Source: a virus
IMG/VR virus record: IMGVR_UViG_3300024308_000009
Coordinates: 1-57,043 of that record
DNA length: 57,043 bases
Strand: one strand, 5' to 3'
Shown: positions 33,885-41,974 of the stretch, piece after piece
Position numbering within the stretch: position 1 is the stretch's first letter
Layout: each line of letters opens with the position of its first letter
Made by a program: the position numbers and the translations under genes
Notes under the pieces: generated by a model
Told to the model about the DNA's origin: nothing
The model's database searches: none
The model's input: only the letters and a program-made list of their open reading frames with translations

Positions 33885-34008
33885 TGGTGATTGAAATTTG
33901 GTTGCAACTGAATTACTACTCGACAGCATAGACGGGGTAGTAATTGAAACCCTCCGCAGGGGGCATCTTGATCAAATGGCTATCGCTCGGGAATGTTGCC
34001 AATCACCA
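33885..34008 (+). ncRNA. Structured unit C (124 nt)
   Basis: P1 tggtgattg/caatcacca (33885-93/34000-08). P1b gcaac/gttgc. P2 33914-21/33935-42. P3 ccct-ccgc-aggg (33950-61). Confidence 0.45.
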
Positions 34009-34023
34009 GCCGAATAAGTTTAA

Positions 34024-34100
34024 GGCCCATTAGCTCAGTTGGTTAGAGCAAACGACTCATAATCGTTAGGTCATCGGTTCAAGTCCGATATGGGCCACCA
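34024..34100 (+). tRNA. tRNA with CAU anticodon, most likely tRNA-Ile2 (lysidine-dependent, reads AUA); elongator tRNA-Met is the alternative
   Basis: Hand-folded cloverleaf: GGCCCAT/ATGGGCC acceptor, GCTC/GAGC D stem, AACGA-CTCATAA-TCGTT, ATCGG-TTCAAGT-CCGAT, encoded CCA. Close to E. coli ileX as I recall it (C4-G69, C5-G68). Confidence 0.9.
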
Positions 34101-34104
34101 TTTA

Positions 34105-34181
34105 GCGCCTATAGCTCAGTAGGATAGAGCATCCACCTTCTAAGCGGATGGTCGCAGGTTCGAGCCCTGCTAGGCGCACCA
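34105..34181 (+). tRNA. tRNA-Arg (UCU, reads AGA)
   Basis: GCGCCTA/TAGGCGC acceptor, anticodon loop CTTCTAA, GCAGG-TTCGAGC-CCTGC, encoded CCA. One A-C mismatch in the anticodon stem. Resembles argU. Confidence 0.9.
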
Positions 34182-34210
34182 ATTCAACAAAGCAACAGTA
34201 AGGGAAAGCA

Positions 34211-34417
34211 ATGAGAATTTCGCAACAAGCAAGCAGAGCAGTTTTAGCAGCATGTGTCGCAGCAATGGCCGCTGGCGGTCGAGTATCATATGACATTCAG
34301 GGTCAGGCCCGCTTTGTTCTGGCTGATCGCTCAACCACTCGCAAGTGCAAAGGTGCTAACGCTGTAAAGGGTAAGCGTCATGCTTCGCTAAAAGCCCGCG
34401 CCAACAAGCGCAAATAG
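34211..34417 (+). CDS. Hypothetical basic protein
   Basis: 68-aa ORF with RBS AAGGGA and a Lys/Arg-rich C-terminus. Confidence 0.4.
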   Translation: MRISQQASRAVLAACVAAMAAGGRVSYDIQGQARFVLADRSTTRKCKGANAVKGKRHASLKARANKRK

Positions 34418-34432
34418 CAAGGAGCAACTACA

Positions 34433-34630
34433 GTGAATCAAATGCAAATATTAGCAACGCAACGCACTATGGCAAGAGAGGCCCTTGCAAAGCTTATTAG
34501 CGTTGGTGAGTTTTTTGGTTGTGAAGATAACGACGCTGACCCACAGGGTTCTCAGGAAGAATACGAACAGTGGAGCGCAAAAATAGAAGAGTTTAAAAAG
34601 TGGGTTGATGAAGAGAGCCCAATAGCCTAA
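34433..34630 (+). CDS. Hypothetical acidic protein (GTG start)
   Basis: AAGGAG lies 8 nt upstream of the GTG. 65 aa. Confidence 0.45.
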   Translation: MNQMQILATQRTMAREALAKLISVGEFFGCEDNDADPQGSQEEYEQWSAKIEEFKKWVDEESPIA

Positions 34631-34649
34631 GCAAAACACCAAAGCTGCC

Positions 34650-34675
34650 AAAGCCCTCGCCTGAGGGCTTTTTGC
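34650..34675 (+). terminator. Rho-independent terminator
   Basis: aagccctc-gcct-gagggctt followed by tttg. Confidence 0.7.
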
Positions 34676-34763
34676 TATTCAGCCATACCTTATTAATCCC
34701 CTACAAACTAGATACAAAACAATCCTTTCTATATACTGATCACACTGATATACAGAGGTGATC

Positions 34764-35570
34764 ATGACAGATAAAAAATCCCCAAAATCAACCAATAAAT
34801 CGACCATAGATTGGGAGGTGATTTGCGAGGAATATCTAGCCCTCAAAGAGTCAAAGAAAGACTTAACAATCAAAGGCTTTTGCGCAATGAGAGAGGACCT
34901 TGCGTATAACACTGCAAGGGTGAAAATGCCTAAGCTATTGCCCGTGATCATCGAGAGATCACGCGAAGATCAAAGAAGGATCATGCCAGACGGCACCAAG
35001 GCGCGAAGAAACAATAATCGAAGTCACAAAGAGTATTTGCCGCGAGAAACTGACGAAACAACAGGGCACGGCATCTACAGCAAATACTTTGACCCTGATT
35101 TATTAGACGTGGCCGCTCAAGGAACATTGCACGATGACTTAACACTGTATCGGGCAAAGGCATTGCAGGCACTGAACTACATAACGGGCCTGCACGATAA
35201 GATGCAAGAAGCCATGGAAAACGGTGATTTAGAAACAGCCGGGCAATTAGAAGAGCGAGTTAAAACCAGTGACAAGGCTTTATCGTGGTGTTTGGCCCGC
35301 ATTGAATCGATTGCTATGACGATAAAACGCATAGAGCTTACATCGGTATTGATAGTTAAAGAGCGCGCAAACATCGTTAAGACCAAGGCGCAGATTAAAG
35401 CTGTCGTGGCACAAACTAAAAAATTCAGCGCCGAAGGCACGTTGGCCAGGGCTAGAGTTAACGACTTAGGCAAGACTGGCGGCGCGGGAACTGCCGCAGA
35501 TATCATTAAGGAAATTCAAACCATGCGGGATAAACTCCCGTCGTTCGTAAAACACAGACAAGAGGATTGA
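34764..35570 (+). CDS. Terminase small subunit candidate
   Basis: ATG after AGAGGTG. N-terminal HTH-like IDWEVICEEYLALKESKKDLTIKGFCAMREDLAYNTARVKM plus a C-terminal coiled coil. First gene of the packaging operon. Confidence 0.4.
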   Translation: MTDKKSPKSTNKSTIDWEVICEEYLALKESKKDLTIKGFCAMREDLAYNTARVKMPKLLPVIIERSREDQRRIMPDGTKARRNNNRSHKEYLPRETDETTGHGIYSKYFDPDLLDVAAQGTLHDDLTLYRAKALQALNYITGLHDKMQEAMENGDLETAGQLEERVKTSDKALSWCLARIESIAMTIKRIELTSVLIVKERANIVKTKAQIKAVVAQTKKFSAEGTLARARVNDLGKTGGAGTAADIIKEIQTMRDKLPSFVKHRQED

Positions 35571-35572
35571 TT

Positions 35573-35713
35573 ATGGACATTCACATGATTGGGATGTTTG
35601 CTGGTGGCGTTGCGGTGGGCGCTTCTGTTGTGGCTATTGTTTTCGTGAGAAAGACAGCCAAGCTACAGCGCAAGATTAACGAATTATTAGCTGAACTGGA
35701 ATTAACAAAATGA
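35573..35713 (+). CDS. 46-aa single-TM protein, below the ORF-track cutoff
   Basis: Own translation: MDIHMIGMFAGGVAVGASVVAIVFVRKTAKLQRKINELLAELELTK*. ATGA overlap with the next gene. Confidence 0.4.
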   Translation: MDIHMIGMFAGGVAVGASVVAIVFVRKTAKLQRKINELLAELELTK

Positions 35714-36087
35714 AGGCATACATAGTTTATTACACGGCAACAAGAAGCGGCTCAACCAAGACTAACTCAGCCTTTTATCGAATTGATGGCGAGATAGACA
35801 GCGCCGACAAATACGCTCACATGGTTGCCGATATTCAGCGTCATGCGGTAAGCAGTGGACACGCCAACAATGTCGACGATGTTGTGATCACTTCCTGCTC
35901 TCTGCTTAACCCAACTGCCGCAGCGGAAACTGAAGCAGAAGCACAGCAACGCGATACGGCAGATATTGAAGGCAAATTAAGCGAGTTACGCAGTGCAATC
36001 CTGACTGTTAAGAATACGATTGCCGACCCGAAGATGAAGCAGGCTGACAAGATTAAATACATCGGCGAGTTATTGCAGCCTTACTAA
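35710..36087 (+). CDS. Hypothetical protein
   Basis: 125-aa ORF. Confidence 0.55.
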   Translation: MKAYIVYYTATRSGSTKTNSAFYRIDGEIDSADKYAHMVADIQRHAVSSGHANNVDDVVITSCSLLNPTAAAETEAEAQQRDTADIEGKLSELRSAILTVKNTIADPKMKQADKIKYIGELLQPY

Positions 36088-36104
36088 TCGGCATAGATGA
36101 ATGA

Positions 36105-36722
36105 GTGAGTAGTGTTATGGATAAGAAATTATTTATACAAAACACAGGTGTTGAGATTAAAAAGATAACAAACATTGAAGATCTTATTTTAATGGTTGGT
36201 GTTATAGAAAGGATAAAAAAAGGATTTCTATGCTACAGGACAGCGCATGAAGATTGCGACGAAGTACGCGGCAAAGCATGCGATGAAATATGCGAAGAAC
36301 CTTTGATAATCCAAGATTGCTCTTTAGTCGAAATACCTTTGATCGAATGCATCAATGCTCAAGATCATTCTTCAGAAGATAGCCAAACAGAGTATGTTGC
36401 AGAAAAAATAGTTGTTAAAAAGGTTAGCTTAAAGTCTTTTGTTAGAAAAATGAAATCTAGAAAGAGCAGGGCATTTATCAAAAGTGATAAGTGGAAAATA
36501 ATTAGAAGCATAACAATCGGAATATACGGAAGCTCTTGCATGTGTTGTGGAAAGTCTTTCGAAGATAAGCTTATGAATGTTGACCACATAAAGCCAAGAT
36601 CTAAATACCCGCGCTTAATGGATGATTTTTATAACCTCCAAGTGCTTTGCGTTTTCTGCAACTTCAAAAAAGGCATTAAAGAAACAGATTACCGACCATT
36701 GTCTGTAATTGGAATTAACTGA
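36105..36722 (+). CDS. HNH endonuclease (terminase-associated position)
   Basis: CMCCGKSFEDKLMNVDHIKPRSKYPRLMDDFYNLQVLCVFCNFKKG. Very AT-rich. The start may be the ATG at 36117. Confidence 0.8.
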   Translation: MSSVMDKKLFIQNTGVEIKKITNIEDLILMVGVIERIKKGFLCYRTAHEDCDEVRGKACDEICEEPLIIQDCSLVEIPLIECINAQDHSSEDSQTEYVAEKIVVKKVSLKSFVRKMKSRKSRAFIKSDKWKIIRSITIGIYGSSCMCCGKSFEDKLMNVDHIKPRSKYPRLMDDFYNLQVLCVFCNFKKGIKETDYRPLSVIGIN

Positions 36723-36739
36723 CTAGGACACACACAGAA

Positions 36740-37072
36740 ATGACACATAACAACGCAGCAACACAGCTTTTAAATCAGCTTGGCATTCAAGGCGAAGAAC
36801 AGCCGCTAAGACAGATGCCTTGTGGCTACAAGGAACCAATCAGCGACGGCAAGACGCTAACTTGTGGCAGCATATACCGCGGTAAGGTTTTCCATTGCCG
36901 AGACTGTATGCAGGCCATGTTAGAGAATGCCAGCGACATTGCCCAGGCATGTGTCGAGCTAATGGTTGATGCTGTTAATGAGCATGAGCACGCCGGCGGC
37001 GTTAGTGATGGCACTATTGTAGAAATGCAAAACCTGATTGAAGCGATGACAACTGAAGTCGTGGAGAGTTAA
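36740..37072 (+). CDS. Hypothetical protein
   Basis: 110-aa ORF directly upstream of terL. Confidence 0.5.
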   Translation: MTHNNAATQLLNQLGIQGEEQPLRQMPCGYKEPISDGKTLTCGSIYRGKVFHCRDCMQAMLENASDIAQACVELMVDAVNEHEHAGGVSDGTIVEMQNLIEAMTTEVVES

Positions 37073-37077
37073 CAGCC

Positions 37078-38790
37078 ATGCCGCTTGATTATCTGGATGA
37101 TGAACAAATACTTGCTATGAGCGCCGATGAGCAAGCCGATTACATCAAGCGGGCATTATCAGATCAGTGGTGGCGGCTAAATAACCTTTACTGGATCACC
37201 GACAAGAACGGCCAGCGCGTTAAGTTCAGGCTTAACGCCGCCCAAAGACTGCTGTTTGAGAATATGTGGTTCTTCAACATTATCCTAAAGGCCCGTCAGC
37301 TTGGCTTTAGTACTGTCGTTCAAATCTTCATTCTCGATTCAGCGCTTTTCAATGAAAACTTAAACTGCGGTATCGTGGCGCAGGACCTTCCGAAAGCGCG
37401 GGAGATCTTCCGTACAAAGATTATGTACCCCTATGATAACCTGCCTAATTGGGTGATTGAGGCAGTACCAACAGTGATGAAGAACACCACAGAGATCTTA
37501 TTCTGCAATGGTTCGAAGATCACTGTTTCAACTGGCTTCCGCTCTGGCACAGTCAACATTCTCCACGTTTCAGAGTTCGCCAAGATATGCGCGACTCGCA
37601 AGGATAAGGCCCAAGAGGTGATCGACGGTACGCTAAACGCTGTTCACCCAGGTAACATTGCATTCATCGAGTCAACTGCAGAGGGCGCCGCTGGCCATTA
37701 TTATGATATGTGCCTCGAGGCCCAGGAACTGCAAAGCGCCGGGCTACCTCTCACCGAGATTGATTTTAAGTTCTTCTTCTTCCCATGGTGGGATGAGCCA
37801 AGTTATGTGATGGCAGTGCCAGAAGGCGGGCTAAAGCTAAACCCTACACAGGATAAATACTTCAAGAGCCTTGAGATCTACTTGGGCAAGGCCATACCCG
37901 AAGAGAGAAAAGCCTGGTACGTCGCTAAAGAGCGCCAGCAAAAAGGGCAAATGAAACAGGAATTCCCCAGCACTCCAGAAGAAGCTTTCCTTACTTCAGG
38001 CCGAAAGGTTTTCGATAACGACGATTTGAACGCGGCTAAAGGCAAGGTGATAGCCCCGATCCTCATCTACGACATAAACACTAAGACGGGCATTCGGAAG
38101 GTGGCTAATCGCAGTGTCGACACTTCACTGCTTCAGCGCACGTACACAGAAAAGACGAGCAAGGCTGTTATGAATTACTTGCTTGTGTGGGAAATGCCTG
38201 AGCCAGATCTAGAGTATGTGATCGGTGGTGACGTATCGGAAGGGCTCGAGAAGGGGGACAGGTCGTCACTTGATATCCTCGAGAAGCATACCGGCAGGCA
38301 GGTTGCCCACTGGTATGGCAAGGTTAGCCCGAGTGAGTTTGGCGAGCTAATCGCTTATCTTGGTCGCTGGTATAACATGGCATTCGTCGGCGTAGAGCGA
38401 AACAACCACGGCCATGCAACACTGGCAAAGCTAAGGGAGATTTACCCGCTTGGGTTAATCTACCGTGAAGAGTATATGGATAGGGAGATCGCCGACGACG
38501 AAACGCAGCGCATTGGCTGGCATACTAGCGCAGTGAGCAAGGAGATATTGATCAGTGACATGGATGATTCGTTTAAGGCCAACAAATCAGGTATTCGATG
38601 GACTGGCACACTGAACGAGTTTTATACTTTCGTGAGGGATGAGCGCGGAAGGCCTAACGCTATGAACGGCGCATTTGACGATCAGGTAATGAGTTACATG
38701 ATTGCCCAAGTAATGAGAGCCAAAGCGCCTGCTAAACAAAAACCTGTTAAAATCGAAAACAATTCTACTAAACATTGGATGGCAACTTAA
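37078..38790 (+). CDS. terL: Terminase large subunit
   Basis: 570 aa. Walker-A-like ILKARQLGFSTV, ILHVSEFA, IESTAEG. Lies immediately upstream of the portal. Confidence 0.8.
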   Translation: MPLDYLDDEQILAMSADEQADYIKRALSDQWWRLNNLYWITDKNGQRVKFRLNAAQRLLFENMWFFNIILKARQLGFSTVVQIFILDSALFNENLNCGIVAQDLPKAREIFRTKIMYPYDNLPNWVIEAVPTVMKNTTEILFCNGSKITVSTGFRSGTVNILHVSEFAKICATRKDKAQEVIDGTLNAVHPGNIAFIESTAEGAAGHYYDMCLEAQELQSAGLPLTEIDFKFFFFPWWDEPSYVMAVPEGGLKLNPTQDKYFKSLEIYLGKAIPEERKAWYVAKERQQKGQMKQEFPSTPEEAFLTSGRKVFDNDDLNAAKGKVIAPILIYDINTKTGIRKVANRSVDTSLLQRTYTEKTSKAVMNYLLVWEMPEPDLEYVIGGDVSEGLEKGDRSSLDILEKHTGRQVAHWYGKVSPSEFGELIAYLGRWYNMAFVGVERNNHGHATLAKLREIYPLGLIYREEYMDREIADDETQRIGWHTSAVSKEILISDMDDSFKANKSGIRWTGTLNEFYTFVRDERGRPNAMNGAFDDQVMSYMIAQVMRAKAPAKQKPVKIENNSTKHWMAT

Positions 38791-40874
38791 TGATCCTTAC
38801 TACTAAACAGCTCGGGCAATTGATGGGCGACATTCAAGCCCAACCAGATTGGCGAACCCCGGCAAACAAAGCATGTGCGTATTACGACGGTGAACAGTTA
38901 GCGCCAGAGGTGAAGCAGGCATTAAAAGCAGCAAACCAACCTGAGCTTGTTTATAACCTGATCAAGCCGACCATTAACGGCGTTCTAGGTCTTGAGGCCA
39001 GGACTAGAACAGACATGATGATCACCGCCGACAGTCAGGATGATGAGCTAGAAGAATTGCTCGAGGGTGTTAACGAAACATTCAAGGACACTCGCCGCCT
39101 GTGTGATGCCGACATTGCCGAGTCAGATGCCTATGCAGCACTTATTAAAGCTGGCCTTGGATGGGTTGAGATCTACAGAAACCCGTACCCAATGCAAAAC
39201 CCATACAAGATCCAGTATGTTCACCGGGACGAGGTTTTCTATGACTTCAACTCGAAACAGCGAGACCTAAGCGATTGCCGTTGGATATTGCGCCGCAAGT
39301 GGTTAGATGTTGACGAAGCAAAAGCACTGGTCCCAGATAAGAAAGATTTAATCGATCGCAGCATATACAACGATTGGGCCGCCCACATTGGCGACGCCAA
39401 CGTAGAAACGATTGAGGGAATCGACTCAGAGTATAAAGCAGCATGGGCCGACTATGAGAACTTTGGCAGAAAGCAAAGCGAGTGGCTACAGACAGACCGC
39501 AAGCGGATATTGATGCAGACTGTTTACTATGCCGTTATTGAAATGAAAGACTTGATGATCTTCGAAACAGGAAGGATCGAAGAGTACGACCATAACAATA
39601 AAATGCATAACATGCTGGTGGCCGCTAATCGCGTCGAGCTAACTCGGGCGCCAGTGCGTTACATTCGTGAAGCGTGGTTCATTGGTAGCGTTAAGTGCCG
39701 CGATAAACTTTGTGATGCGCCTCAAGGCCAGTTCCCGCTTGTGCCGTTTTGGGGATACCGCAAAGATTCGAATAACATGCCCTATGGCATGATCTCCGAC
39801 ATGATAACGCCGCAGGATGCGGTTAACTTCCGTTACATCAAGCTTACAGCTCAGCTCAACTACAAAAGCATCGTAATGGATTCAGACGCTACCAACATGA
39901 CGCGCGAACAAGTGCAGCAGGAGGTCCACAAGTCAAACGGTATCGTTGAGCTAAACCCTGATCGCCGAAATAAGAACACCATCGCGGAAGTTTTCCAGGT
40001 CAACACCGATACGGGTATCGCCGGGCAGCAATTCCAGCTAGCTAAAGACTCGCAGGAAATGATCCAGCAGTGCGGCGGAGTCTATAACGCAATGCTGGGG
40101 CAGGGCCAAGCTGGTCAGTCTGGCGTGGCTATTAACAACCTGATTGAGCAGGGCAGCACAACGCTATCTGAGATCAACGACAATTACCGATTTGGGCGCC
40201 TACAGTTAAACCGCTTGTTAATGCTGTATATGTTCGAGGACCTGAAGAAGCGTAAAAACGTAAAGGTCACTATTAAGAAGGACGACCCAACTAAGCGTAA
40301 ATTGATCGTGCTGAATGAAACTAATGCCGCCGGTAAGCTGAACAACGACGTTACCAAGATTCGGGCCCAAGTAGCACTGGCACCAATCCAGCAAACTCCA
40401 ACGTATAAAGCGCAAATGGCACAACAGTTAACGCTAATTGCTGGAAGCTTGCCGCCTGAAGTGCAGATGGCGACCATCGATATGGTTCTGCAGTTGATGG
40501 ATATCCCGAATAAGCATGAGTTCTTAGGCCGCGTCCGCTCTGCTATGGGCATCAAGAAAGACTTTGACAAGATGACACCGGAAGAACAACAGCAAACGCA
40601 GCAAGAGGCACAGGCACAAGCTGAACAGCAACAGTTAATGATGCGTAAGCTGGTAGCCGAGGTTATGAAAGAAGAGGCAGACGCCCAAGCCAAGCAAGCC
40701 GGAGCACAGGCTAAGGCCCGTGAAATTCAATCTGCCGATGCCAAGGACGCTAAGCTACAAGCAGAAACCGCCAAGATTGTCACAGAGGTGCAAAACATGG
40801 ATGAGCAAGTGCTCTTGCGCAACGTCAGCACTATTGAGCGCATGAGTCAGGCGTTTGATCAGATAGCTATTTAG
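38790..40874 (+). CDS. Portal protein
   Basis: About 695 aa with a TAATG overlap with terL (alternative start 38775). Q/A/E-rich C-terminal coiled coil. Confidence 0.75.
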   Translation: MILTTKQLGQLMGDIQAQPDWRTPANKACAYYDGEQLAPEVKQALKAANQPELVYNLIKPTINGVLGLEARTRTDMMITADSQDDELEELLEGVNETFKDTRRLCDADIAESDAYAALIKAGLGWVEIYRNPYPMQNPYKIQYVHRDEVFYDFNSKQRDLSDCRWILRRKWLDVDEAKALVPDKKDLIDRSIYNDWAAHIGDANVETIEGIDSEYKAAWADYENFGRKQSEWLQTDRKRILMQTVYYAVIEMKDLMIFETGRIEEYDHNNKMHNMLVAANRVELTRAPVRYIREAWFIGSVKCRDKLCDAPQGQFPLVPFWGYRKDSNNMPYGMISDMITPQDAVNFRYIKLTAQLNYKSIVMDSDATNMTREQVQQEVHKSNGIVELNPDRRNKNTIAEVFQVNTDTGIAGQQFQLAKDSQEMIQQCGGVYNAMLGQGQAGQSGVAINNLIEQGSTTLSEINDNYRFGRLQLNRLLMLYMFEDLKKRKNVKVTIKKDDPTKRKLIVLNETNAAGKLNNDVTKIRAQVALAPIQQTPTYKAQMAQQLTLIAGSLPPEVQMATIDMVLQLMDIPNKHEFLGRVRSAMGIKKDFDKMTPEEQQQTQQEAQAQAEQQQLMMRKLVAEVMKEEADAQAKQAGAQAKAREIQSADAKDAKLQAETAKIVTEVQNMDEQVLLRNVSTIERMSQAFDQIAI

Positions 40875-40941
40875 TGTGTAATGCTATTAGGCTATTATTG
40901 TTAAGCCGTATAAACAACATTAAACAACAGAGAGACATAAA

Positions 40942-41505
40942 ATGACTAGCGATCAAGAAATGCAAAAAGACTTTGAGGCCAGCGGCTCAATCTATCCTAA
41001 GGTTGAGGCGTCCGATATTGAAGCGATGATGCAGCGGGTTAACTATGACGTTCACATTGTACCAGGTACAACGACAACCGTTATCACTGGCTATATTCCA
41101 ATTGGCGCAACCAACTTTACGTTATGCACTGAGATTATGGCATGTGTTGATCCTCGCAACTTTAACGCCGAGAAGGGCGCTAAGTATGGCATCGAGAAAG
41201 CAGCTGGAGCAGCAAAAAACAAACTTTGGGAATTAGAAGGCTACCGCTTGGCTTGTGAGATTGCCAAGGCCAACGCCATTACTACGCCATTAGAGAGAGT
41301 GATTGCTGAAGCCAATGCTCTAGACTGTAATATCAGTAAGCTTGATGATTTTATTCATAAGAGCCCAATTTATAGCGGGCTAGATAATGAGCAAAAAGAG
41401 CTAATGAAACAACAGCTTGCTTTAATGATTCAGTTTTATGGCGTGTTAGTAAGACGTGCCGAGTTAATGCAGGAATTAGTTAAAGGTGCTGAGATATGCC
41501 GCTAA
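40942..41505 (+). CDS. Gp49/Gp66-like protein (N4 gp49 / Sf6 gp66 family)
   Basis: TTTVITGYIPIGATNFTLCTEIMACVDPRNFNAEKGAKYGIEKAAGAAKNKLWELEGYRL. Confidence 0.55.
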   Translation: MTSDQEMQKDFEASGSIYPKVEASDIEAMMQRVNYDVHIVPGTTTTVITGYIPIGATNFTLCTEIMACVDPRNFNAEKGAKYGIEKAAGAAKNKLWELEGYRLACEIAKANAITTPLERVIAEANALDCNISKLDDFIHKSPIYSGLDNEQKELMKQQLALMIQFYGVLVRRAELMQELVKGAEICR

Positions 41506-41672
41506 TAGCTAAGTTCGTCGGTGGAAAGGCCAGAGTGGTAGAAAAGAACAGCGGTGAAATAGCCAGGCACAAAGACGGATCTCCCGTTGACGGTGGCGGG
41601 TTTGATTCACTGAACAAGGCAAAAAAGCAGGCTACTGCTATCAACCTATCAAGCATTAAGAGTGGTAAATAA
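41496..41672 (+). CDS. Hypothetical 58-aa protein, below the ORF-track cutoff
   Basis: Own translation: MPLIAKFVGGKARVVEKNSGEIARHKDGSPVDGGGFDSLNKAKKQATAINLSSIKSGK*. TAATG junction with the next gene. Confidence 0.4.
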   Translation: MPLIAKFVGGKARVVEKNSGEIARHKDGSPVDGGGFDSLNKAKKQATAINLSSIKSGK

Positions 41673-41881
41673 TGGAAAGAACACCAGTAAAATCTAGCAA
41701 TATCAAATCAATTGGTCACGATCCTGAAACTAATAAGTTGCACGTTGAATTTAACAGCGGCAAAGTATTCGAGTATGATGGAGTTACTGCCGAAGATCAC
41801 AGCTCGCTTATGGCGTGTGAATCGATTGGTAAAGGGTTCCAAAATATTAAAGGCCGTTGCGCCTGCAAGTGCATAAACTAG
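41672..41881 (+). CDS. KTSC-domain protein
   Basis: VKSSNIKSIGHDPETNKLHVEFNSGKVFEYDGVTAEDHSSLMACESIGKGF. Confidence 0.6.
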   Translation: MERTPVKSSNIKSIGHDPETNKLHVEFNSGKVFEYDGVTAEDHSSLMACESIGKGFQNIKGRCACKCIN

Positions 41882-41894
41882 CAGTATCAACAGC

Positions 41895-41916
41895 AAAGAG
41901 GCCTAGGCTTCTTTTC
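41895..41916 (+). terminator. Weak terminator-like hairpin
   Basis: aagagg-cctagg-cttctt followed by ttct. Confidence 0.3.
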
Positions 41917-41974
41917 TGTGTGTATTGCACAATTCGCAGCCATAGCGATAAATGGTACTAGGAGAAAACTTTAA

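Larger units (their letters stand above)
33380..34010 (+). ncRNA. Array of three tandem structured RNA-like units (unclassified)
   Basis: No ORF of 60 aa or more. Three units are each closed by a long-range helix. There are compensatory substitutions between copies, and wobble pairs are valid only on the + strand. See findings. Confidence 0.5.

Noticed and set aside
33380-34010. The region as a CRISPR array
   Set aside because: The repeats are not uniform 25-40-bp units separated by unique spacers. The units are 78-126 nt with internal helices. No cas genes are present in the genome.
34102-34296. 64-aa minus-strand ORF
   Set aside because: It overlaps tRNA-Arg on the opposite strand. It is an artefact of the GC-rich tRNA sequence.
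40184-40693. 169-aa Cys-rich minus-strand ORF inside the portal gene
   Set aside because: It is antisense to the Gln/Ala-rich C-terminal coiled coil of the portal. Its composition (CCC, SS runs) is typical of a shadow ORF.
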